64,000 nucleotides of DNA, taken from Octopus vulgaris (Eukaryota). Position numbers and translations under genes: made by a program. How positions within the stretch are numbered: position 1 is the first letter of the stretch; each line of letters begins with the position of its first letter. The stretch is taken from the NCBI GenBank assembly GCA_951406725.2, contig OX597824.1, positions 5,580,001 to 5,644,000 of the forward strand. The letters run 5' to 3'. The notes beneath the pieces were generated by a model. The model made no database searches and was not told the origin of the DNA. It worked only from the letters and a program-made list of their open reading frames with translations. This document shows, in pieces, positions 51,839 through 64,000 of this stretch.

Positions 51839-54097
51839 ATAATGTGCATCTTCCTTCTACTCAGCAATCGTAAGAACTATGTTGCAGAACGTATATTATA
51901 GATAGCACTTAAAACTTTTAGGTAACAGTCTGAATGGGCCGTATCGTTGGTACTTTTAAGTAGCAATAACATTCTTTATAATGCAAACACACGTGCACGA
52001 ACACGAGTATACATACAAGCGCCTATATGTACACATGCGCGTACAAACACACACAACGCGCGCACACACTCACACCCTCACACACATATATATATGCACG
52101 CAACTACGCACGACTCCCATTTAATCTCTATAGGTACGTTTGCTATTAAAACGACTTAACCTTTTGCAGTTGTCCTGAAATAATCTAAATATTTCTCTGC
52201 TGAATATAGATATGAATGTAACTAAAAGCTCCTGGCAATGTTAGAAACAAATAAGCAGTGATTATGGCTAAAAACTTCAGTTTCACAGAATACAGGCAGG
52301 TGTCGGAACAAATATTGATACAGTCGGCGTGACTGTTGACTTTGCAGCCAGCTGTTGATAAAGTCTGGCAAATGAAATAAACTGAACGTCGTGTAACAAG
52401 ACCTGTACTTCAGTAAATAATCAGATATTTGCAGAAATGTCACTTTATGTAATAAATTAATATTATAACGCTGTAATACTGTAATGTTGCGTTGTATTAA
52501 TATGTTTCTGATGGTGTTGCTATATTTTTCTCAATAAACATGAAACTAATTCCGAATCTGGTTATTTCATAGCTTATTCTGAAGTCATTTTTGTTGGTGA
52601 ATTACCAATGAAGCTTGGTGTGTGTGTGTATGTATGCATGCATGTATGTATGAATGTATGTATGTATGTATGTATGTATGTATGTATGTATGTATGTATG
52701 TATGTATGTATGTATGTATGTATGTGTGTACATGTAGAAAACGAGAGAGAAAGAGAGAGGCACAGGCAGAGAGGAACAGAGATAAGAGAGAGAAAAAGTG
52801 ATAGATAATATGCATACATAATATGCATAGATAGTATGCATACATACAAAGACAGACACATACATATACATGCACACATATATATCCATATATCTATATC
52901 TATATCCACATATCTATATCTGTATATCACTTGTTAAAGTGTGTCAAGTTAAATTCCTGGAAATACTTGGAAAAACTGCAACTAGATCGAACTGAACGGA
53001 AATCTAAGTAGTCTCTGGTTAAAATAGATTATTGCCAATATACCATAATTAAAAGTTATTTTTAATTCGACCAGCCGTTACGCAGTTATAAGTTATTTTC
53101 CCGCGTCGAAAGGTGAAGATCTATTCGCCAGGTGGTAGAACTCTACGTTCGACGATATTTGACCCCTCAGAAAAAAGATAAAACGGTCCTGAGATTCTAC
53201 ATTATAACCATACCAACCAAATATTTGTAAGCAATTTTGTAGATTGCAAAAATACCAAATATAGGAAATTCTGGAATATGAGGTTTGTTTACATTTTCGG
53301 CAACAAATTGCGTAACTCGGATCATTGAAGCTACAAGACAGAGCTTTGGAAAATTCTGTTTTGTTCTACTCTGACCAACCTGAAGGTAAGCGAAACAAAG
53401 CTTTATCATTTTCTCCTTTTTCCACCTTCCTCAATCCACGCTGATCATCTTTATTTTAAATAATACGTGTTTAATGTCCGACTGAATTTTTATTGCTATT
53501 TCTGAGTTGTGTCTTTATCTCTGTTTTCATTTACGTTGAGGTATCTTTCTATCCTTCTCCACCTCTTTCTCTTTCTGTCCCTTTATTTACACAACTCCCT
53601 TTATATCTTCATTGTCTTCTATTCATCGACATCAGTCCCTCTATCTCTTCGTTGTTATCTACATCGATTTACCTCTCCGTTTCTCTTATCTATACGTCCT
53701 CCACATTTTATCTCCTCACCTTCATTTACATCGATCTATCTGACAGGAGAGGATTAACTCATGTCACGATTATAGTTCTGCTGTCACACTCAGACGGAGT
53801 TTGTGGCATTCTGATAGCACAGATTAAGCAAACTGGTTATATGTTCCAGATCTCTCAGCCATCCCGTATAGAGTGGGGACCTCAGGCTGTAATGGGTTGA
53901 GGCTCAGAGTCCCACGGCTTTTTAATACCTTGTCAAAAGATCTGAGGGACCTATATCAAAATACCCTCCTTCACAGAAGGTCAATCAAAAAATAGCATTT
54001 GAAAAGCTGATAATACTAGTAGTGCCTCAACATGGCCACAGCCTCTGAGCAGAAACACATAAAAGTAAAAAAGAGTAAACGGATATGTGTGTATATG

Positions 54098-54160
<63 letters not shown>

Positions 54161-54250
54161 CTTCTAGTTCTAGCACCTTCTACGCAGATCAGCGCACTGT
54201 GCGGCATGTATATATCTACATATATAAACATGTGCATATATGCATATATA

Positions 54251-54494
54251 CGACGTACGATCAAAAGGTATTCGACTTTATTTTGGTCCCGCCAAACCGA
54301 ATGCCGCAAAACTTCATGTAAATTACACGTCTATATTCTAGGCATAACATCCCGGGACTAACGCGAACTACTGGTGCGGATATTTTCACGCATGCGCAGA
54401 AAGGGTGGCGGGAACTACCATCCAAAGGATTTTGCCAACGCATCGTCAGTTTTGGTGTCAAAAAATAAAGTCGGTTTCTTTTGAGCGCACCTCG
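54251..54494. mobile_element. Tc1/mariner-type MITE with TA target duplication
   Basis: ta-cgacgtacgatcaaaaggtattcgactttatttt pairs with aaaataaagtcggtttcttttgagcgcacctcg-ta (CGAGG-type TIR). Confidence 0.8.
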
Positions 54495-54593
54495 TACATA
54501 CACGTAGATGTATATATAGATATGCATATATGTATATATATACATATATATGTGCATATATATCTATATGTCTATATATATAAATACACACAC

Positions 54594-54674
<81 letters not shown>

Positions 54675-54686
54675 TATATATATAAT

Positions 54687-54957
54687 AGAAGTTTCAGAGA
54701 CAGAACCACCTTCAACTCAATCAACACTGAAAGATTTTATACCCGACCACTCCATAAAATGTTAAATATTAAATCTTATACTAACTATATCTATTCTGAA
54801 TCCCGTATTTATGGTAAATACGGGAATCATATATATATATAAACTATATATATATATAGTTAGTATAAGATTTAATATTTAACATTTTATGGAGTGGTCG
54901 GGTATAAAATCTTTTAGTGTTGATTGAGTTGAAGGTGGTTCTGTTTCTAAAACTACT
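54687..54957. mobile_element. Foldback element, ~100-bp arms, with an inner hairpin
   Basis: Arms 54687-54790 / 54854-54957. The spacer holds hairpin tcccgtattta-tgg-taaatacggga. Confidence 0.85.
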
Positions 54958-55049
54958 TTTATGTATATGAATTAAACATTGAGAGATATTCATTTTAGTA
55001 CTACTAATGTGAATGTCTTTTTCCTGCGTACTCGGAAGTAATATTCCCC

Positions 55050-55109
<60 letters not shown>

Positions 55110-55113
<4 letters not shown>

Positions 55114-55323
55114 TATTCAGACAAATACATAACAAAAACACCAGGACTTACAAACACATATAACATACAGAAAATTGCACTACTAGGCACTGCACACATC
55201 CTACACAGAACACTTTCCATACAATAACCATCAGAGCATCACAACAAATCACAGCACATACCCAAGGCACACAGAGCTGCGCTCGGTAGTGAAGTGAAAG
55301 CACGCTATAAAAATAAAACTACT
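55110..55323 (+). mobile_element. Short 3' end of the same R4/Dong element in (TAA)n
   Basis: Nearly identical to 12830-13043 (two substitutions seen by eye), with (TAA)n upstream and (TAC)n(TAA)n downstream. Confidence 0.9.
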
Positions 55324-55809
55324 ACTACTACTACTACTACTAATAATAATAATAATAATAATGATATATATATATAGTGTTGTGCAGTAGATTTCAGAAT
55401 GCCAGCAGTTGTTTTAGGGCATACATAGATAGTACGAATTTACATCATTCGCAGCTGTTCCGCAACTAATGAAATCCATATTATTCATATTGTGGTTTGG
55501 TATTTACACATAGATTTCTGCGCAAAAGACGTGGACGAGAAGAAGGAAAAAGATTTTTGACTCGGATCTCTTGTCCGAGAAATTCGTGTAGGAGTGGATA
55601 ACACAGATTAAATTTCAATATATATACATACATACTTTATTGTATTTTTCTAAGTTGAAAAATCAACCGCGGTCGACCTTACCTGTCCATCTTTCGAGGT
55701 CGATAGAATATGAACCATTTAAGCACTGGGATCGATGTAATCGATTTAGCGTCTCCCCCGAATCAAGTTTGCCATGGACGCACTGGCAGAGCCAAAGCTA
55801 CATGTCCTC

Positions 55810-56225
55810 TATGACAGAAGTGCGGATATATCTTCCGTTGTTTATGAAAAACAGATTTCAGCAACTTACAATAATGGTCGTACAGAGATCAAACGTTATA
55901 TCGGAGCCACGAAAAGAACATTTAAATCCAAATACAAGAACCCTCTTTCGAATTTTAGGCACCGTGATAAGAGACATTCTACAAATCTTTCTGCTTAAAT
56001 CTGGAATCTTTAAGTCGATGGGACATGAAACTGAAACTTCTCTCCAAAACCAGTCCCAAAATTTACGGGACGAAAAAATGTTCAGTATATTCTCTTAGAA
56101 AACTATATCTCTTAAAGAACTTGAGAAACTTCAAGGAATGCATAAATTACAGGATGGAGTTCTTTTTTTCTGTATGTCCACATTTCAAGAAATACATTTT
56201 ATTGAAATTTAAAAATAGGACATGA
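55810..56225 (+). pseudogene. Penelope-like element GIY-YIG endonuclease relic
   Basis: SSVVYE..KRYIGATKRTFKSKYKNPLSNFRH..STNLSA*IWNL, then KKCSVYS..CINYRMEFFFSVCPHFKKYIL. This matches the PLE pattern VVY..YIG.T...FK.R..NH..F / L..IW.LK / N.R.E..S.C.H..K. A UTR-like stretch and (TA)n follow. Confidence 0.8.
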
Positions 56226-56492
56226 GACACTTAGGAAACCATTTACTTGCTTACGTCTCCTTGAAATCGAATTATTGAGACGTTGATTATCTCCCTTGTG
56301 TTTTTCTTCTTGTCTTCTTCCTAAAAGCGTCTCTTGTTTAAACGTCAGGTCGAAAGATAACTGATAAACAGTCTTGTTCGCAGCTTCAAAACTGGCGAAG
56401 TTAAATATAATTTCCGCCAAGAAATCCTGGGTAGCTATATTTAACAAGATTTGTGGTTTTATTATAAGATTAAACGCACACACACATGTCTG

Positions 56493-56545
<53 letters not shown>

Positions 56546-56591
56546 ATAGATAGATATATGTATATATATATATATATATATACATATATGA

Positions 56592-56639
<48 letters not shown>

Positions 56640-56655
56640 TGTATATGTATAAGTG

Positions 56656-56712
<57 letters not shown>

Positions 56713-57124
56713 GTTTATGTATGTATTTATGTATGTATTAACATGCACATATATTCATATACGGACACATAAAACCAACTTATTTCGGTAATTGGTTGCA
56801 AGACATGCGACTTAACTCGGAAAATGGCGCAACACGAAAAAAGTAAAATTTAAACAATTTATTAGCTTATATCAATTTTAATAAATGGCTTGTCTATATT
56901 TTCATATTTTATTTCATTTCCCACTTCCAAATTGGATTTTAAACGTTTTCTTTCAATATTTATTTTCATAAATATGTCTGATGTGACAGACGTGAGGTTG
57001 AAGATATCGTCTGGTGTTGGCGTTTATGTTTTTTAACCATTTCTAAGAAAAAGGAATGCGACCTAAAATCATAAAAGACGCAGCACGAAACGATGTAACC
57101 TGAGGTAGGCCTGGATATATTCGT

Positions 57125-57159
57125 ACATATATACATACATTCATACATACATACATACA

Positions 57160-57193
<34 letters not shown>

Positions 57194-57220
57194 CATACAT
57201 ACATACATACATACATACAC

Positions 57221-57253
<33 letters not shown>

Positions 57254-57520
57254 CATACAAACATACATACATACATATTTACATACATACATATATACAT
57301 GCATACATACATATATACATACATACATATTTACATACGTACATACATGCATATATACATACATATATACATACGTACATATATACATACATATATACAT
57401 ACATATATACATACATACATATTTACATACATACATATATACATACATACATACATGCATACATACACACATACATACATATATACATACATACATACAT
57501 ACATATATACATACATGCAT
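57125..57520. repeat. Imperfect (CATA)n microsatellite
   Basis: Read directly. Confidence 0.95.
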
Positions 57521-60500
57521 AATGCGTATGCATATATGTATGTATGAATGTAAGTGTGTATATGTGCATATATTCATATTCTATTAGCTTTACATACAAA
57601 TTCCACTTAAGTTAGTATCGTTACTGTTTCATTTATAACCATTATAAGAAAAATCCTCTAATAGTGATTAATAGTTTCTGTCAATCTTAATCCCCTACAA
57701 AAATTGCTGTTTATTTAGAAAGTAAGCTCAACGAAACTACCAACTATTTTAAAAAGTCATTCAGTTTTTTTTTTTATCATTTCAATGGCCGACGGCAGTG
57801 AACAACCAATGCTAACGCTACACCAGAGTTTTAGACGCTATTATTGGACCGCTGTTGGTTGTTCTCATCTGGTCAATTTTTCAAGTAGAAAACACTTTTT
57901 CTATTTTCATTCCTAATATTTTGTAAGTTCTGTAAATGGTATATTTTCAGAGGTCGGTTTTGATCGCTGGACTTTGACAGATCAATTGTCATGAGGGGTT
58001 TAAAGCCTGTAATAAATATAAGACCAGTCTGTAATCTGTCACTCGAAACGTAAGATCTTCTCTACCTTGATGAAGGGGGCTCGCCTTAGCCAACGTCAAT
58101 TGCATATATACGCCTGCATATAGTCGTGAACTATATCTACCAACATTATTATGGGTCGCTGAGCTTCCAGAAACTGCGGTTGGACTTATGACCCCTTTCT
58201 TCCACCCCTTTAGTTTTCTCTGTCATTTGTACTCTGTGTAAGTTGAACCCATTAATATAAATATCTATATGTTTATACTTAAATATTCATCATCTGAAAG
58301 TCTCCACATTTTGCCTTCTCTCATTTTGCAGGTAATCTTATATACGTATTTTGCATTTCGTATCCAAACTAATATATTTCATATATTTAATATAGTTTAT
58401 GTAGTTGATGTATCTCAATTTGTTTATCTCCTAATTGTCTCTGTACCCGCTCAATTTGATCCCTCTTAGAGCCTCTTTTTACACTGTGGCATCAACCCCT
58501 TGTAAAGACATCGAAGTCTCAAATTTGAATCGTTTGCGCATTACTGTCTTCTATGCGGAGAATCTCTAGATCTCATCTGTGAACTACACACACACACACA
58601 CGCACACACACAACACACATTATACACATATATACGTATACATGTGTCTGCGTCCTACAGAGATGTATGGTTGTACATACAGATCATATTTAATGGGTGT
58701 ACTTCGTTATAAACACGTTTGACAAAGAAAACACTTCAATAAAAACACATCTATAACTGACTCTACCATCTCTTACATTTTCGTCCATAATATATGGCCG
58801 GTTGTCCTTCTCTTCAAATTATATTTTCAGCATCTTCTACTCACGCTTTCATATTATATTACTCGTTCAGTTTTCTTAATTCTTATTTCTCTTCTGTTGC
58901 GATAAAATAATTGAATTATTTACACATTCGGTCTTATTTTATTTCCCACTCTCTACCAATTGTCACCTCGCTTCTATCTACAATGCAGCAAACCAATATT
59001 AGCAAAGGTTAATTTCCTCTAAAATTACAATAAAACCAATTTAAACATTTATAACACTTCAATTTTGCTGCAACTCATTTTATTCAAGAAGTTGCCCCAG
59101 TCGCCACACAGCCACGTACGAAAAACCACTTAAGCGTAGATATATATATATGTTGCTAATTAGCCGTTGTGCCCCCAGACAAAGCCAGAATAAATATAGT
59201 TTAAAATGCAAGGTACATTCATTTATTTATTGACTAATTTATTTATTCATTTATTCACTCTGTTGTTATTTTACACTTACAAATAAAACCCCTTGTGGCA
59301 TAAAATCTGCGAATATTTTCCCGTCGCTAAAGTTTCTTCGACTGCCAAACGAAAACAACTACCAAAATTACAGCTAAACTGATTGCCCATTTGATCATTT
59401 CCATAAGTTCACCCCATGGAGTTTCCTTAAGCATTTTGACAGAAATAAATTTTGCATAGCAATTATTAAACTTTTAGCTATTGATAAGTGATTATAAGAG
59501 TAGCGTAGAACTTCTGGTACTTTCTTTTTCTGTGATAACATTACCAAACAGCTCGTAATCAGCCAAATGAGAATCGAAGGCACGAAACTCTGAGTAAAAC
59601 TTAATATTTCCTCAGTTTTGAAAAACAAAACACAACAATTATATTTAATAGGACAAATTAGTATTTCGACGCACAGATGAAATGACTTTTACAGCGAAAA
59701 TGTCCTAATTTAAGTGTATAGGATATATTTATAATTTGGAGGCAGTTTCCGCTGTTTATGCGATCACAATTTTGAAGGTTTGGTGTTGTGCATTTAGTAA
59801 GTAATTTGGTGCAGATAAGTTAGTTATTAATGATTTTGGCTGTGTTCTTCGTATTCTCAATGCTCTCTTTATTCGTAGGTTTTGTCTCAATAAATGAATA
59901 CTCTCATGATTAGAGTTGTATGCTTTTACATATGTCGAGACACATACAAAAGCATGCAAAATACAAAATTGTTCATATTTCAATTTAAGTCACGTATTTC
60001 TTTAATTGGCAATAGTGTTGCTACCACATCTCTACAGATGCTTCCTATGAAGGTTCCATCAATGCTTCTCTTCAATATTTACCACTCCAATGTTACTGTT
60101 GTTGTTGTTGTTGTCGGCGCCGTCGTCTTTGTTGCTGTTGCTTTTGTTGTTGTTGGTGGTGTTGTTTCTTTTGCTGGGCAGTATTATTGTTGTTACGATT
60201 TGTTGTGCTGCACGTGACACAGAAGATTCGTTTTCGGATTGCATTATTGGGTCATTTAGTGAACTTCTTCATATGTTTGTTAGCAACGAGCGAAGGTTCA
60301 ATGCCATGATAATTAAGTTATTAATTAGATGTCTTTGATCATACCTCAAGTTTGTTTCCGAAGTTTTCCTATTAAATAGTTTTTACGAAGACATCATGCA
60401 TAGGTTGTCTGTGTGTGTGTCTGGAATACAGATATTGCAGGCGTGAGTGACATACATTTACATAGGCACACACACAAATATAATATTTATATATATGTAT

Positions 60501-60551
60501 TTATGCATATATATATATGTGTATATATATATAATTCATGCACACATATAT

Positions 60552-60649
<98 letters not shown>

Positions 60650-60913
60650 AATATATATATATACAAGCACAAAGTTGTTTCAAGTTTTGAGTCTAACAAA
60701 CATAAGGATAACAACAAAATCCTTCTATTATATTTCAGTTTAGCATTATTATTTGAAAACTGACTTTGTATTTAGCAAATTCGCTTTTATCTTCAAACCA
60801 ATTTTCTTGTCTCAACAGACGCCAATTAGATTGAACTATTTGTTTTGCTCGGTCAATTAATATCGTATAACTAAACTCAGTTGTTCTTTAAAGGGGGACT
60901 GTCTGCTTCTCTG

Positions 60914-61010
60914 CGACCTCGGCAGAATTTGAATTCAGAATCTTAAAGCGAACGAAATGCCACTCATCATTTTGTCCAGAATGCTAACGATTCTGCCAGC
61001 TCGCCGCCTT
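60914..61010 (-). mobile_element. SINE family B head fragment
   Basis: cgacctcggcagaatttgaattcag..gctaacgattctgccagctcgccgcctt. Confidence 0.75.
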
Positions 61011-61711
61011 ATTTACATCGAGAATATCAACGATTTTTAACGAGCACATATGCAAATTTTCGATGCAACCCAACATTTTCAATGTGCTCTTTTAAAACTA
61101 TCTACGCGTTGTGTGTTTCATTCCTGACTTTTCACAATCTATCATCTCTATAAAAAACTTCCTGTTATGGCTCTGAACTTTTTATGAATTTCATCTAAAA
61201 TGCAAATTCTAATTAGAACATGAATGTTTTGCCGAAGCTCTAGAACTCATAATTACATAAAGGAGATCCGTGATTTTACTATCAAAATACAGCAATCATA
61301 AAACAAGATTTTCTGGCATGCAGTTTTATGTCTGTCTTTAGCCGTAGTTGATGTATGGCCGTTCTGCGAGTTGAAAGGTTTTTAACAGTAGGTGTTTTGT
61401 GACCAGTATGTATCATGATAATAATTATATTCCCAAAGCATCACTGGATGTATATAAACGAAGAATGTAAAACTAAGAATATTAGCGTATAAAAGTATGC
61501 TTACATGTGGTATATATTTGAAGGGAAAATATAGACGTGCGTATAAAAATACGTGTAAAATTTTACAGCTGCGTTATGTGAGACTGAGATGTTACGACTT
61601 TTCTTATGTTTGCGATCACATTTTCAGTAGACATTTTGTTGTGAAGGTAAATATTATGAACAATAAAAATTAGAACAAGAGATACTTTGATAGCTACTTT
61701 CAACTACTCAT

Positions 61712-61815
<104 letters not shown>

Positions 61816-61823
61816 TTATATAT

Positions 61824-61865
<42 letters not shown>

Positions 61866-62003
61866 TTATATATGTATGTATAAATATATATATGTATATA
61901 TAAATGCATTATACACAAACACACACACACACACACATATATATATATTTACATGTATATGTCAGTGTGTGCGGGTATGCACGTGTGTGTATGTATGCAG
62001 GTG

Positions 62004-62037
<34 letters not shown>

Positions 62038-62092
62038 CTAGCATACAGCCGACTACCTAGCAGTCTTGCCCTGTCAATATACACACACACAT

Positions 62093-62125
<33 letters not shown>

Positions 62126-62800
62126 CATACACATTTACAAACACTAACATGAATATTAAGAGTAATAAAGAAGACCATACAGGTACAGAATAACAAAATG
62201 CACGACCATGATTGTATATATTCTGATAATATTGATCTGGTCAGAGTCGGATTTTCTCCTAACTCTTAATGTAATCATTCCATATAAAGGGGCGGACTTA
62301 GTGCTTTCGAGGCAAACTCATAAGTTATAATATAACTGGGTTTTCAGCCAACGATTAAGGTTATATATAAATACGCCATAACATTGGTTCTTTAACTCAC
62401 AAATGCCAAATTCCACAGACAAAAGTGTTGGCAAATGGTTTTGCTCCTTGGTTTTAGTAATGAGGAAACAAGGGATGGATGCATCCGTTTAAGTCTTGTT
62501 TCTCCAACATGGCACTGGATAAGCTTAAGGTTTAAAATCACTGAAAATGTTATTTAATCTGGCAAGGTGTCACCCCTCTTCTTAATATTCGAAGACATTA
62601 TTCTATATTCTTAATATTTGAATGACTGTAATGAATTGTATGGTGTTCAGTTTACACAGTGAGAGAGAGAGAGAGAGAGGGGAGAGAGAGAGAGAGAGGG
62701 AGAGAGAGAGAGAGAGAAAAAAACACACAGCAACACACACGTAGATACACAAAAACACGCACACACATACACAAGCGCGCACACGACACATACGCCTATA

Positions 62801-62848
<48 letters not shown>

Positions 62849-62851
<3 letters not shown>

Positions 62852-63063
62852 GGCCCAGTGGTTAGGGCAGCGGACTTGCGGTCGGAGGATCGCGGTTTCG
62901 ATTCCCAGACCGGGCGTTGTGTGTGTTTATTGAGCGAAAACACCTAAAAGCTCCACGAGGCTCCGGCAGGGGATGGTGGTGATCCCTGCTGTACTCTTTC
63001 ACCACTCTAAAAGGCGGTGCTCCAGCATGGCCGCAGTCAAATGACTGAAACAAGTACAAAAAA

Positions 63064-63081
<18 letters not shown>
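62849..63081 (+). mobile_element. Chimeric SINE: family C head plus family A tail plus poly(A)
   Basis: 62849-63008 matches family C. 63009-63056 (aaaaggcggtgctccagcatggccgcagtcaaatgactgaaacaagta) matches the family A tail. Confidence 0.8.
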
Positions 63082-63097
<16 letters not shown>

Positions 63098-63135
63098 TAT
63101 ATTAGAAGGTTTGGGGATGATGTACATGTATTTTA

Positions 63136-63255
63136 TATTACAAGAAATGAGGTACTCAGAAATGTGGATGGTTTTATATTTACAGATATTTATTTGTAAA
63201 TGCAAATAAATATCTGTAAATATAAAACCATCCGAATTTCTGAGTACCCCATTTC

Positions 63256-63263
<8 letters not shown>
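63136..63263. repeat. Foldback hairpin in (TA)n
   Basis: Arms 63136-63196 / 63203-63263 with a 6-nt apex. Confidence 0.85.
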
Positions 63264-63293
<30 letters not shown>

Positions 63294-63295
63294 AC

Positions 63296-63540
63296 ATACA
63301 CATAAGAGGGATGACCACTACGTGGACATCCATTATGGTAGAAGTAGATCCGCTATGGTCTTAGCACTAAGAAAGGAATGATCTCAAGAAAATTTAGCAA
63401 ATGGATGTCCACGTACTGGTCATCCCTCTTACGTGTATATAATATAATTTTTCTGAATCTTCAGATTTTAATATGCTAGACTACTGGTTTTGAATTGGTG
63501 TTAATCGAATTAACATTAAAATGTTCACCCTTATTATTTT

Positions 63541-63545
<5 letters not shown>
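63296..63545. mobile_element. Foldback element related to the 25580-25930 family, in (TA)n
   Basis: Arms 63296-63334 / 63400-63438. It shares ccacta.gtgg, tagaagtagatc, aagaaaggaatg and the tail with the 25.7-kb element. Confidence 0.8.
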
Positions 63546-63583
<38 letters not shown>

Positions 63584-64000
63584 CTGAAGCAAGTAAAAGA
63601 GCAAATACATCGGTTCTTGCACATGGCGTTCACACTCAGGACCAAGCATCACCACACATTCGTACATACCAATATCTCTGATGCCAAATCATAGAATGAG
63701 AATTATATTGGTTCAAGCTCACTTCCTCTGCCTTCTCTCTTTTTCTAAATACTTGTTTTCTCCTCCTTAACTCTCTCCCACTTGTTGTTGTTGTTGTTGT
63801 TGTTGTTCTTCTTCTTCTTCTTCTTCTTCTTCTTCTTCTTCTTCTTCTTCTTCTTCTTCTCCCATTCCCTCTCTTACTTTTCCTTGCGTTTTATCTTCCT
63901 CTATTTTCCGTTCAAAACAATGACAACCGCACGAAACGTCAGGGTCTCTCTTCTCCTTCCTTTCATTCAACGCTTAATCTTATCGTAATTTACTCTTTCC

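Noticed and set aside
53243-53391. Possible host exon (ttttgtag acceptor, GAAG|GTAAGC donor)
   Set aside because: All three frames contain stops and there is no other support; a non-coding exon cannot be excluded.

Overview
AT-rich, microsatellite-dense eukaryotic DNA. The SINE repertoire and repeat landscape suggest a coleoid cephalopod, probably Octopus (inference). I could not support any intact host protein-coding gene; nearly all supplied ORFs are translations of microsatellites or repeat debris. The window holds three tRNA-derived SINE families, R4/Dong-type RLE LINE fragments in (TAA)n, mariner and Tigger/pogo relics, MITEs, a non-autonomous Helitron-like element and Penelope-like element (PLE) coding relics (WFNPP linker, GIY-YIG). 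The main signal is a set of about a dozen short foldback (inverted-repeat) elements from several families, most of them embedded in (TA)n. Three of these foldbacks, plus one nearby stand-alone insert, carry readable type I hammerhead ribozyme (HHR) motifs. One family has a compensatory G3-C8 core (GUGAACA), one has a ~495-nt circularly permuted unit, and in two elements the fold-back apex sits at or just 5' of the ribozyme. All structures were read by eye, so coordinates may be off by a few bases. A 100-N gap lies at 25133-25232.
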